Assembly: GCA_965198225.1 (NCBI GenBank) | Contig: CBDAOY010000005.1 | Span: 32,001 to 96,000, forward strand | DNA from: Terriglobia bacterium | GTDB lineage: Bacteria; Acidobacteriota; Terriglobia; 20CM-2-55-15 | DNA length: 64,000 nucleotides | Direction of reading: 5' to 3' | In this document: positions 48,666 to 57,462 of the stretch, in pieces | Position numbering within the stretch: position 1 is the stretch's first letter | Layout: each line of letters opens with the position of its first letter | The notes under the pieces: model-generated | Seen by the model: only the letters and a program-made list of their open reading frames with translations | The model's database searches: none | What the model was told of the DNA's origin: nothing | Program-made: the position numbers and the translations under genes

Positions 48666-49054
48666 ACTCGAAACTTCTGAAGAGATCGTTACAGGCCAAC
48701 GGGGCCTTTTCACTGGCATCGGCCGCGATCCTGCTCGCCGGGGCGATCCCGTTGTCCGCCGCCTTCGGACTCTCGGAACCCTTCATCTTGATCGGCGTCG
48801 GCATCTCGCTGATTGTCTTCGCCATCGGTCTTCTTCGTAACGCGGCCCGCGAAGATATCCGCCTGGGCGAGGCCAAGCTGGCGGTCGCGCTGGACGTTGC
48901 CTGGTTGGTGGGTACCGCGATCGTCCTGGCGGCCGGACTCCTCACGCCGTCTGGGAACCTCGCCCTGATCCTGGTGGCGGATTTCGTCTTCCTATTCGCG
49001 CTACTGCAGGCCCTCGGGATCCTCCGAATCCGCAGAACCCAACCGGCCTGTTAA
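48662..49054 (+). CDS. Small integral membrane protein
   Basis: Four hydrophobic helices; overlaps the TetR stop (ATGA). Confidence 0.8.
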   Translation: MNSKLLKRSLQANGAFSLASAAILLAGAIPLSAAFGLSEPFILIGVGISLIVFAIGLLRNAAREDIRLGEAKLAVALDVAWLVGTAIVLAAGLLTPSGNLALILVADFVFLFALLQALGILRIRRTQPAC

Positions 49055-49082
49055 CCGATCCGGCTTTCCCACGTCTTACTAG

Positions 49083-49424
49083 ATGAGTGTCGAAACTAAC
49101 GAAGAACGGATGGGCAAACCGATGAAGCCAAAAAACGAAATCCCCTTGAACGCAACCGGCTACAAGGTCGTTTCGCTGAACTCGAGACTGGCCGGCTTTC
49201 GCGAAAACCTGAAAAGAACCCTCGCCGAAGGCACGCTGGCTCGCGCGGATCAGAACCGAGACGGTTTCTATGAGGTCGAGGTGGGCGGTCGCTGTTTCTA
49301 CATCCACATCTACGATGCAATGAAGACGGTGTACCTGGTCGGCGCGGTCGAGTGTGTCGCCGAATTCGGCAAGAGACTGTCGAGCGCGCGTACACCGTTC
49401 CAGGCAGAAAGCGCAGTGGCGTAG
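49083..49424 (+). CDS. Hypothetical protein
   Basis: 113-aa ORF followed by a terminator. Confidence 0.55.
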   Translation: MSVETNEERMGKPMKPKNEIPLNATGYKVVSLNSRLAGFRENLKRTLAEGTLARADQNRDGFYEVEVGGRCFYIHIYDAMKTVYLVGAVECVAEFGKRLSSARTPFQAESAVA

Positions 49425-49466
49425 CAAAAAGCGAAGGACGAGTGGCCGATTCGGCCGCAAAAGAAG

Positions 49467-49500
49467 AAAAGCCCGGGGGTTTCATCCCCGGGCTTTTGTT
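49467..49500. terminator. Bidirectional intrinsic terminator
   Basis: AAAAGCCCGGGG-GTTTCAT-CCCCGGGCTTTT between convergent genes. Confidence 0.85.
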
Positions 49501-49531
49501 GTTTGCGGTCAGGACCGCACCGGCACCTGAT

Positions 49532-50476
49532 TCAGTGCGCTGGCGCTCTGTCCGCGGCAAAGACGGGCGTGCACCAGTCGCGGTACTTCTCTTCCCTACC
49601 GCGGACGACGTTGAAGAACAGATTGCGCAGTTTCGTCGTCACGGGTCCCATCGAGCCGGAACCAACCGGCCGATGATCGACCTTCGTGATGGCTGCGATC
49701 TGAACTCCGGTCCCGCCAAAGAACGCTTCGTCCGCGACATAGAGTTCCGTCCGGTCCAGCTTGCGTTCCACAACCTCCACTCCCAGGTCATCCTGCAACA
49801 GTTGGATCATGGTGCGGCGCACGATGCCCTCGAGGATATTGTCGGTGACGGGCGGCGTCAGGACGCGGCCGTCACGAACCAGAAAGACGTTCGCGGCGGA
49901 GCCTTCGGAGATGTGCCCATCCTCGGTCAACACGATGGCTTCGTCGAAACCCGCACGCTCGGCATCCGTCTTGACGAAGGCCGAATTGACGTAGGCGCCG
50001 GAAATCTTGCCGCGTGCCGGAATCGTGTTGTCGTCGACACGGCGCCAGGATGAAACGGTGACGTGCGCACCCTGGTCGTTCTCGACGTAGAGTCCGAAAG
50101 GAAACGTCACGATCGACAGATCCGGATTCATGTCGTGTAGCTTTACACCGATGACCTCGTCGGGGAAGAACGCTAGAGGACGAATGTACACATCCTCGTG
50201 AAGGTCTTCCCGCCGTAGAAGATCCAGGGTTACCTGGGTCAGATCCTGCAGCGTGTAAGGGAGTTCCATGCATAGCAGGTTCGCCGACTGCAGAAACCGC
50301 CGGTAATGATCCTCCGGACGGAAGACAAACATCTGTTCTTCGTCATCGTTCCAATACCCGCGAAGTCCTCCAAAAACGCCGGTCCCATAATTCAGGGTAT
50401 GCGCCAGGACTCCGACCTTCGCTTCGTTGTAAGGAACGACGCGGCCTTGGAAAAACGCATATTTCGGTGTAGCCAC
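49532..50476 (-). CDS. ilvE: Branched-chain amino acid aminotransferase
   Basis: LNYGTGVFGG, YIRP, GKISGAYVNS, EGSAANVF, ILEGIVR. Confidence 0.93.
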   Translation of the reverse strand: MATPKYAFFQGRVVPYNEAKVGVLAHTLNYGTGVFGGLRGYWNDDEEQMFVFRPEDHYRRFLQSANLLCMELPYTLQDLTQVTLDLLRREDLHEDVYIRPLAFFPDEVIGVKLHDMNPDLSIVTFPFGLYVENDQGAHVTVSSWRRVDDNTIPARGKISGAYVNSAFVKTDAERAGFDEAIVLTEDGHISEGSAANVFLVRDGRVLTPPVTDNILEGIVRRTMIQLLQDDLGVEVVERKLDRTELYVADEAFFGGTGVQIAAITKVDHRPVGSGSMGPVTTKLRNLFFNVVRGREEKYRDWCTPVFAADRAPAH

Positions 50477-50646
50477 TATCGTCTCCTGTGTCAGGACGTC
50501 TTGTTAGATAGATGCGCCTCGGAAAGGCTTATCCAACCGCCCTTTCCGAGGCGCAATATAATCAGTATGCACCCAATGCCATGGATTCATGGAAGATATT
50601 CTCCGGTTTAGGCCCCGAAGAGTGAGGTTTTTGCAGGTCTCCCGGT

Positions 50647-51366
50647 TCAGCCGACGAACTTATACCCGAGCCCGTGGACGGTGAGGATGAACTGAGGCCT
50701 GCGGGGAGTGGTTTCCAGCTTCTGACGGAGCCAGGCGACATGCACATCGACGGTACGTGTGGAGGGCATCGAATTGTAGCCCCAGACCTCATCGAGTAGC
50801 TCGTTGCGCGAGAGGGTCGCGCCGCGATGCTGGATGAAGTGGCGCAGGAGCTGGTATTCCTTGGCCGAGAGCTCGACCTCGCGTCCATCCTTCTCGATCT
50901 CGGCTTTGCGGAAGTCCACGACCACGTCGTCGAACCGGTATCGATCACCGGAGCGGGACGAGCCCGTCGTTGAGCGGCGCAGCAAGGCTTCGATCCGTGC
51001 CAGAAGTTCGATCATCTCGAAAGGCTTGGTCAGGTAGTCGTCGGCGCCGAGTTTGAGTCCGACGACCTTATCGGTAACCTGCCCTCGCGCGGTCAGCATC
51101 AGCACCGGCGTCTCCAGACCCTGTTGCCGGAGATCCCGGCAGATGTCGAATCCGCTCCTGTGGGGAAGCATGAGATCGAGGATGATCAGATCGAACGTCT
51201 TTCGGGCGGCCGAGGGAACCGCCTCGTTGCCGTCCGATACGGTTTCCACGCTGTAGCCCTCGCTGGTCAACCGGTCGACGAGCGTCACCACCAGGCCCGG
51301 CTCATCTTCGATGAGCAGGATGTGGGGGCTGGTCTGGCTGGTCGGCAGCGGCTGCGGCGCGCTCAT
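50647..51366 (-). CDS. OmpR-family response regulator
   Basis: LLIEDE, DLMLP, LTA, GADDYLTKPF, RTVDVHVAWLRQKLE, GLGYKF. Confidence 0.93.
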   Translation of the reverse strand: MSAPQPLPTSQTSPHILLIEDEPGLVVTLVDRLTSEGYSVETVSDGNEAVPSAARKTFDLIILDLMLPHRSGFDICRDLRQQGLETPVLMLTARGQVTDKVVGLKLGADDYLTKPFEMIELLARIEALLRRSTTGSSRSGDRYRFDDVVVDFRKAEIEKDGREVELSAKEYQLLRHFIQHRGATLSRNELLDEVWGYNSMPSTRTVDVHVAWLRQKLETTPRRPQFILTVHGLGYKFVG

Positions 51367-53255
51367 GAGGCCCCGGCCACGACGGGAAGACGAATCGAAA
51401 AGGTGCTTCCCCTGCCGGGCTCGCTCTCGACGCGGATCGTTCCCTTGTGCGCCTGGACGATCTGACGGACCAGGCTCAACCCGAGACCGTTTCCGTGGAT
51501 CTGACCTTCCGTGGATTCTTTGCCGCGGTAGAACGGTTCGAAGATCTGATCCAGGTCCGCGGGCGTGATACCGATCCCTCGATCTTCGACCCGGAGCTCC
51601 ACCTCGGAACCGTCCTCTCCCTCCACGGCCGCGGCGGAAATCTTCGCCCATCGCTGCCCGCCGCAGTACTTCATCGCGTTGTTGAGCAGGTTCGCGATTG
51701 CGGAACGAACCGCGGTCGCATCCGCCAGCACGTCGGGCAACCCTTCGGGCACGTCCTTGTGGACGTCGAAGCCCTGCTCGACCATCAGGGGCCGGTAATC
51801 CGCGATGGCGTCGTCGATCAGGGTTTCCATTGAAAGCGGGTGGATCTCATAGCGTTTCTTTCCCGAGTGGACGCCCGCAAAATCCATCACCTGCTCGACC
51901 ATCCCCGAAAGCCGGCGCGCTTCGGCACGGATGAGGGCACCATACTTTCTGGCTTTGTCGGGATCGGAGATCAGGCCGTCCTCGAGGTTCTCTCCAGCCG
52001 AGCTGATGACGGCAACCGGTGTTCGGAGTTCGTGGGACACGTTGGCGACGAAGTCCACCTGTTGCTGGGCCAGCCGTTGGGCTCGTTGGGTCGATATCAC
52101 AATGATCATCATGCCCGCACCCAGCACCATCAGGATTCCGAAGCTGATCATCAGGTTCCGCTGGCGGATTTGATTGACGGCAACCTCGAGCGAGCCGGCC
52201 CGGTGTTGAGCGACCAGCTCCCACTCGGGCGCCGAGAAGTCGATGTGGCGCTCCCCGGCGAACTGTTCGACGAGAATCTCCTCGGCAGCGGAGTTCGTGA
52301 TTCTCACGTCCGACCCGCGACGCCCGACGACATGAGCCGTCGTTGCCCGGGAACGGTCCCCCGAGAAGGAATCCCCTTCGAAGGCCCACATGAATCGAAC
52401 CTCACGGCCGAGGTTGAAGATCGGAGAAGTCGCATCCGGCTCCGCCATTATCGCCGGCAGCGGTTCCGGATCGGACGCGTAGAACACGGTGTCGGGATCG
52501 TCCTTGCGGAGGACGGCAACTCGATACTCGGATTCTCCAGCGGCATTGAAGTGCCGTTCCATCAGCTCGGGCATCAATACATCCCGGACATAGTTCTGAT
52601 CGAGTCGGATCACGAACCAGGACGAGATTCCCAGCCCGCCGACGATTTCTGCGATGTGGACTTCGTGAAACTGTTCGCCTCCGTCGAAGCGGAACTGATT
52701 CCTTCGAGCCGCGACCTGCGGCAGCAGCAGGACCATCGGGTCGGTGATCAAGTGTTCCGACATCGGGGGCAGGGCCACTCGGACGCCCGGACCGACTCGA
52801 TACCCATCGTAGGTTCGCAGGTGCGGCCGGATCCGATCGAGCTCCGCGTCCCATTCCGCATCGATGAACGCTTCCGTGTCGGGGACGAAACGGCGAAGGT
52901 CGAAGTCGTCTTCGTTCGGGGAGACCAGGTAGAGTGCGTCGACCAGCCCGGGATGAGGGGCCGACTCCTCCCAATTCCGGTGCAGGCGGGCAACGACCTG
53001 GTCGACCTCGCTCGTCGATCGATCGAGGGGCGACGCGACCGCGGAGAACGCGAACCTCAGACGGGCCAGCTCGGTGTCGAATTCCTCCGTAAACCGGTTG
53101 GCACTGACGTGGAGGTTGGACTTCATGCGCTCGTGCTCGTTCTCGCTCAACTGCCCGAGCCAGTTGTACTGGAGGCCGGCCAGCAGCGGCAGAGAGATCA
53201 GCAACACGACGGTGAAGCCAAGCGTCAGCGGCCTTTTCCGGAGCAGATCCATCAT
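51363..53255 (-). CDS. Membrane sensor histidine kinase
   Basis: Two TM helices, VSHELRTP, NLLNNAMKY, DRGIGI, GNGLGL. Confidence 0.93.
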   Translation of the reverse strand: MMDLLRKRPLTLGFTVVLLISLPLLAGLQYNWLGQLSENEHERMKSNLHVSANRFTEEFDTELARLRFAFSAVASPLDRSTSEVDQVVARLHRNWEESAPHPGLVDALYLVSPNEDDFDLRRFVPDTEAFIDAEWDAELDRIRPHLRTYDGYRVGPGVRVALPPMSEHLITDPMVLLLPQVAARRNQFRFDGGEQFHEVHIAEIVGGLGISSWFVIRLDQNYVRDVLMPELMERHFNAAGESEYRVAVLRKDDPDTVFYASDPEPLPAIMAEPDATSPIFNLGREVRFMWAFEGDSFSGDRSRATTAHVVGRRGSDVRITNSAAEEILVEQFAGERHIDFSAPEWELVAQHRAGSLEVAVNQIRQRNLMISFGILMVLGAGMMIIVISTQRAQRLAQQQVDFVANVSHELRTPVAVISSAGENLEDGLISDPDKARKYGALIRAEARRLSGMVEQVMDFAGVHSGKKRYEIHPLSMETLIDDAIADYRPLMVEQGFDVHKDVPEGLPDVLADATAVRSAIANLLNNAMKYCGGQRWAKISAAAVEGEDGSEVELRVEDRGIGITPADLDQIFEPFYRGKESTEGQIHGNGLGLSLVRQIVQAHKGTIRVESEPGRGSTFSIRLPVVAGAS

Positions 53256-53490
53256 GAAATTTTAGCATCCGACGTGATGGAGGTTTCGGCTGGTCGCAAA
53301 ACTTTACATCCTTAACATTGGGGACGTAGGTCGTTGTCCGTAGGCCGTAGGCCGTTGTTTGTGGGACGTAGGCCGTAGGCCGTTGAAGAGCGCGCAGGGA
53401 TATGCACCTAGCTCCGTGCCTCCGCGCCTCCGTGGTTAATCCTCTTTGGACGGAAGAGACACCGAAACGTGTTACCGACACAACCGACCG

Positions 53491-54003
53491 CTATTCCAAC
53501 GTTCTGCTGGATTCGATCTGGTCGTAGAGGAGGGACAGGTGGCGGGTCGGCAAGTCCAGCCGCAGGCGGTCCCCGTCCTGTAATTCGATCAGAAGGCTGG
53601 TTTCTCCCCTTCCCTCACGGAGGGTTTCGACGTTGACGATGTGCTGATAAGTGGCCTTGCGCATCGCCAGGCCCGTTCGTCCGGTGGACACGAAATACTC
53701 GGGATAGAGGCCGGCAAACTGACGCAGCAGCAGGACGAACCCGAACACGTAGACCAGGCCGACGATGAGGAACTGCATCCCGATCACGGCCGGGGCCGGG
53801 GCGGTTCCGTAGTACGCGTTCCGGATGAACACCGTCACGATTGCGGTCACGCACCCGATCAGAGTCAGGTTGCCCCCGATCGACCACTGCCGGTGGGACA
53901 GCGCCAGGGGATCGGGCAGATTCTGGAGGACGCGAAAGATCCAGGTCAGAGGGACCGTGGCCACCAGAGCGGCCACCGACAGAGCTGCGATCCATGGAGG
54001 CAT
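53491..54003 (-). CDS. Hypothetical membrane protein
   Basis: Three TM helices plus a soluble C-terminus; directly downstream of the AddA-like gene. Confidence 0.65.
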   Translation of the reverse strand: MPPWIAALSVAALVATVPLTWIFRVLQNLPDPLALSHRQWSIGGNLTLIGCVTAIVTVFIRNAYYGTAPAPAVIGMQFLIVGLVYVFGFVLLLRQFAGLYPEYFVSTGRTGLAMRKATYQHIVNVETLREGRGETSLLIELQDGDRLRLDLPTRHLSLLYDQIESSRTLE

Positions 54004-54009
54004 CGGAGA

Positions 54010-57000
54010 CTATCCCGCCGCCGGACGTGGTTCGAATGCCCACTCCCGCCATCCCTGAAGCAGCGGGAAATACAGGCCCAGGCGAATCGGGCGAGAGTCG
54101 ATGTGCTGCATCACGTTCGCGTAGTTTTCCAGCTGAGGGCGGTAGCGCACCTGTTCGTTGTCCAGGAAGGCGTCCGCTCCTCCGCCCTCGTGTGTTCCGG
54201 TCTTGTAGTCGATGATCCACCGGACTCCGTCATCGACGAAGGTACGATCGAGAAGGAAGCGGCGGACGCGTCCGGCCACGACCCCGGACAGCGGATACTC
54301 CCGCCGGTCATCGAGGTGCTCGGACAGAATCCACAGGCCTTTTTCGTCGGAAAGGGTTCCCTCCAGCGCCAGCTCGACTCGACGGACAGCCTCGTCGAGC
54401 CTTTCGCCGTCCAACCCCTCCGCGACCAGGGCGGCGCGGATCGTAGCGCGGTTCCCATCCCCCGGGTTCCGGGCCGAGGTTCGCTGCAGCATCGCATGGA
54501 CGACGATGCCGACGCGACGTTGCAGCTCGCCGGCCCATTCGAACGCCGGATGCGTTGAAGCGGTGGCCGGCTCCGCGTCGGATGCGGAATCGGTAACGCG
54601 AGAAACCCAGTCGATGTCGGCGGGCCGCGGAGGTGCTTGCCAGCCGCGGCTCAGACGGCGCAACGGCACTCCCCTGGTTTCGACCGAGTCGAGAGCGGCG
54701 CCAGCGTTGGATGCGGGGCGTTCGGAGGCCAGCGTTCTTTCAAATTCCGGCTCTACGATATCCCAGATCTTCGCCAGCAGCGAACGGGCAGCCGGAACCC
54801 TGGCCCGACCCGCATCGCCGTCGATTCGAGTGTGACCGAGCAGGTGTAATCGCTTGCGGGCGCGTGTGGCCGCCACATAGAGGAGTCGGGTGTTTTCGTG
54901 GTCCCGCTTGATCATCTGGACTCGCCGCAGGTATCCATACAGGGGGTCGGGGGCCGCGCCAGTCTCTTTGATCGGCGCCAGCAGGAGCCGCGTCTTACCG
55001 TGGCCGTCGATGTATTCGAGCCACATCATCAGGCTCCGATCCTCATCGCGAGTGCAGCGTCCCAGACCGGGCAGGAGGACCGTGTCGAACTCCAACCCCT
55101 TGGCTTTGTGAATCGTGAGCAGTTGCAGGCCGCCCTGTTCGCCGACATTCGGGGCTTGGACGTCGGGGCGGGCAAACAGCCGGGTCACGTCATGAGCGAA
55201 CTTCTGTTCGTCCCGAAGATCGGCGCCAGTCACGGACTCTTCGAGTAAATCCAGGTACGCGGTCGCGTCTTCCAGATCGGTCCGATCCTCCACACAGGCC
55301 GGACCGCCCAACTCGATCCACGTGGCTTCGACCCATCGGCGGACATGCATGGTTCCGCCTCGGGCCAGGGCGTCCTTCAGCGTCTCGAGAACCCGCTCGA
55401 CCCGGGATTGGCCATCAGCAGACAAACCCGAGACACGCTCGTGATCGCAGATCAGATCCCAGATCGCGGAAGAAAGGTCGCCGCCGACCAGCGTGTCCAG
55501 ATCGGCGAGCGTCAGGCCACACCAGGGCGCGCGGAGTATCGCCAGCCAGGCAATGCGGTCGGCCGGGTGCAACAGCGCCCGGGTCAGGGCGAGGAGATCC
55601 TGGACGACCGGGCGTTCACCCAGTGCGTCGATTTCCACGGCCTGGAATTTTTCCCCGGCGCGGCGCAGAGCGGACACGATCGCAAAAAGATGGCTGCGCG
55701 AGCGAACCAGCACCGCGATCGTGCCATCCGGATCCGCCGACCGGGAACCCCGGATGATCTCGAGGACGCATTCAGCTTCGGGCTCGGAATCGCCGCTGAA
55801 GAACGGATGGACGGAGACGGCCCGCCCGGGGCCGCTAGCCTCAAACGGATAGGACGGCTCGTAGGTCACGGCGCCTGTAAAAGTGTCTTCGGCGTCTGGG
55901 AACGCCTCACCCAGACCGCGATTCACCCATTCCACGATTCCGGCATTCGAACGGAAGTTCACCGAAAGCTTCAGCGCCATAAGCCGGATGTTGCCGATGC
56001 CCTCCCTCCGGGCTCGCATGAAGAGCGCGACTTCGGCTTCACGGAAACCGTAGATCGACTGCATGGGATCGCCGACCAGAAACAGCGTCCGCCCGTCGCC
56101 CGGCTGCCACTCTTCGGTCAAACGGGCCAGCAACTCGTACTGACTCTGAGAGGTGTCCTGAAACTCGTCCAGGAGCAAATGCTGAAGTCGGTAATCGAGG
56201 CTGAACGCCAGATGGGTCGGGCTGCCCGATGCTCCCAGGGCGGTTTGCGCCGCGTGTGCGATCTCGGTGAAATCCACGACGCCTTCCTGTTCGAAAACCA
56301 CCTTCAAATACGCCGCCGCACGGGGAAGCAACTCCATCAATGCGTCAAGGATCTCGAACTGGTTCTCGTCGAGAGCGGTTCGTGGAAGAGGCCTCAAACC
56401 GTGCAACCTTGCGATGAGGACGTCGTCGAGCGGGATCCCCAGGGCGCGACGCCTCGCATCCCTCCCCTGCTTGCCGGCCGGAAAACCCTGGCGGATGTTC
56501 AGTTGCGTGCGGCGGGTGCCCGTTCTCTTCAAGAACATTTCCGCCAACCCCAGCCAGAGAGGGAGGCATTCGGCATCCTTGCCGGGTGGCGATTCGAGTT
56601 CCGCACATGCGGCCAACGGGCTGTGGATTCGAGCGTCATCGAGATTTCGCGCTGCGAACCGCGCCAGGGCGAGCGTTTCGGCAATGATATTCTCGGGAAA
56701 AAGCCCGACGATCTCCTCGAGCGCGTCGGTCACAATCCGCTCGAGCGCCGATTCCAATAGATAGCGAAAACCCTCCGAACCGGCGTTCCCGACGACGTGC
56801 CGCAGCCACTGGTCGCGGCGGGCGAGCATGGAGGCGAGGAGTTCCTCGACGATGGCGACGTCGTTGTCGAGATGTGTGAGGAGCCGGGCCAGCGCCTCCG
56901 CCTCCGGGTCCTCCGAATACAACTGCTCCAGCGCGGCTCGGGCGGCCCGGCGGTACAGATGTTCGACATTCTCCTCGGGTCGGGGCGGAGCGCCCATCCT

Positions 57001-57462
57001 CGAAACCCAGGGCATCTGCTTCACGATGCCGGCTGAGAGGGAATCGATCGTCTGGATGCGGAGCCGTGACGGATGCTCGACGAGTCGCCACCCCAAGTCT
57101 CGGTCTCTGGCCACGGCCCGACGGGCCAACTTCCACGTGTACCGCTCGTGCGCGGTTTGCGGTTCCGCACCCGAAGCCCTTTCGAGAGCCTCGATCACTC
57201 GATGCCGCATCTCGCCGGCGGCTTTCCGAGTAAAGGTGATGGCGACGATCGATTCGGGCTGCTCCACAACGGCAAGCAGGGCGAGGAAGCGCTGGATCAG
57301 CAGTTCGGTTTTTCCCGAACCGGCGGGGGCCTGGACGATGAACGACTGATCGACCCGCAGGGCCTGAACCCGCTCGGCCTGGTCCCGGACGCGTCCGTTC
57401 GGCTCAGGCACCGGTGGGCTCCGAATCTTTGGGAAGTGCGGGACCTCCGGAACGCCCCGCAT
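54010..57462 (-). CDS. addA: AddA-like UvrD helicase with C-terminal PD-(D/E)XK nuclease
   Basis: APAGSGKT, TFTRKAAGEM, DEFQDTS, VGDPMQSIYGFR, TIHKAKGLEF, YVAATRA, IIDYKT. Confidence 0.88.
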   Translation of the reverse strand: MRGVPEVPHFPKIRSPPVPEPNGRVRDQAERVQALRVDQSFIVQAPAGSGKTELLIQRFLALLAVVEQPESIVAITFTRKAAGEMRHRVIEALERASGAEPQTAHERYTWKLARRAVARDRDLGWRLVEHPSRLRIQTIDSLSAGIVKQMPWVSRMGAPPRPEENVEHLYRRAARAALEQLYSEDPEAEALARLLTHLDNDVAIVEELLASMLARRDQWLRHVVGNAGSEGFRYLLESALERIVTDALEEIVGLFPENIIAETLALARFAARNLDDARIHSPLAACAELESPPGKDAECLPLWLGLAEMFLKRTGTRRTQLNIRQGFPAGKQGRDARRRALGIPLDDVLIARLHGLRPLPRTALDENQFEILDALMELLPRAAAYLKVVFEQEGVVDFTEIAHAAQTALGASGSPTHLAFSLDYRLQHLLLDEFQDTSQSQYELLARLTEEWQPGDGRTLFLVGDPMQSIYGFREAEVALFMRARREGIGNIRLMALKLSVNFRSNAGIVEWVNRGLGEAFPDAEDTFTGAVTYEPSYPFEASGPGRAVSVHPFFSGDSEPEAECVLEIIRGSRSADPDGTIAVLVRSRSHLFAIVSALRRAGEKFQAVEIDALGERPVVQDLLALTRALLHPADRIAWLAILRAPWCGLTLADLDTLVGGDLSSAIWDLICDHERVSGLSADGQSRVERVLETLKDALARGGTMHVRRWVEATWIELGGPACVEDRTDLEDATAYLDLLEESVTGADLRDEQKFAHDVTRLFARPDVQAPNVGEQGGLQLLTIHKAKGLEFDTVLLPGLGRCTRDEDRSLMMWLEYIDGHGKTRLLLAPIKETGAAPDPLYGYLRRVQMIKRDHENTRLLYVAATRARKRLHLLGHTRIDGDAGRARVPAARSLLAKIWDIVEPEFERTLASERPASNAGAALDSVETRGVPLRRLSRGWQAPPRPADIDWVSRVTDSASDAEPATASTHPAFEWAGELQRRVGIVVHAMLQRTSARNPGDGNRATIRAALVAEGLDGERLDEAVRRVELALEGTLSDEKGLWILSEHLDDRREYPLSGVVAGRVRRFLLDRTFVDDGVRWIIDYKTGTHEGGGADAFLDNEQVRYRPQLENYANVMQHIDSRPIRLGLYFPLLQGWREWAFEPRPAAG

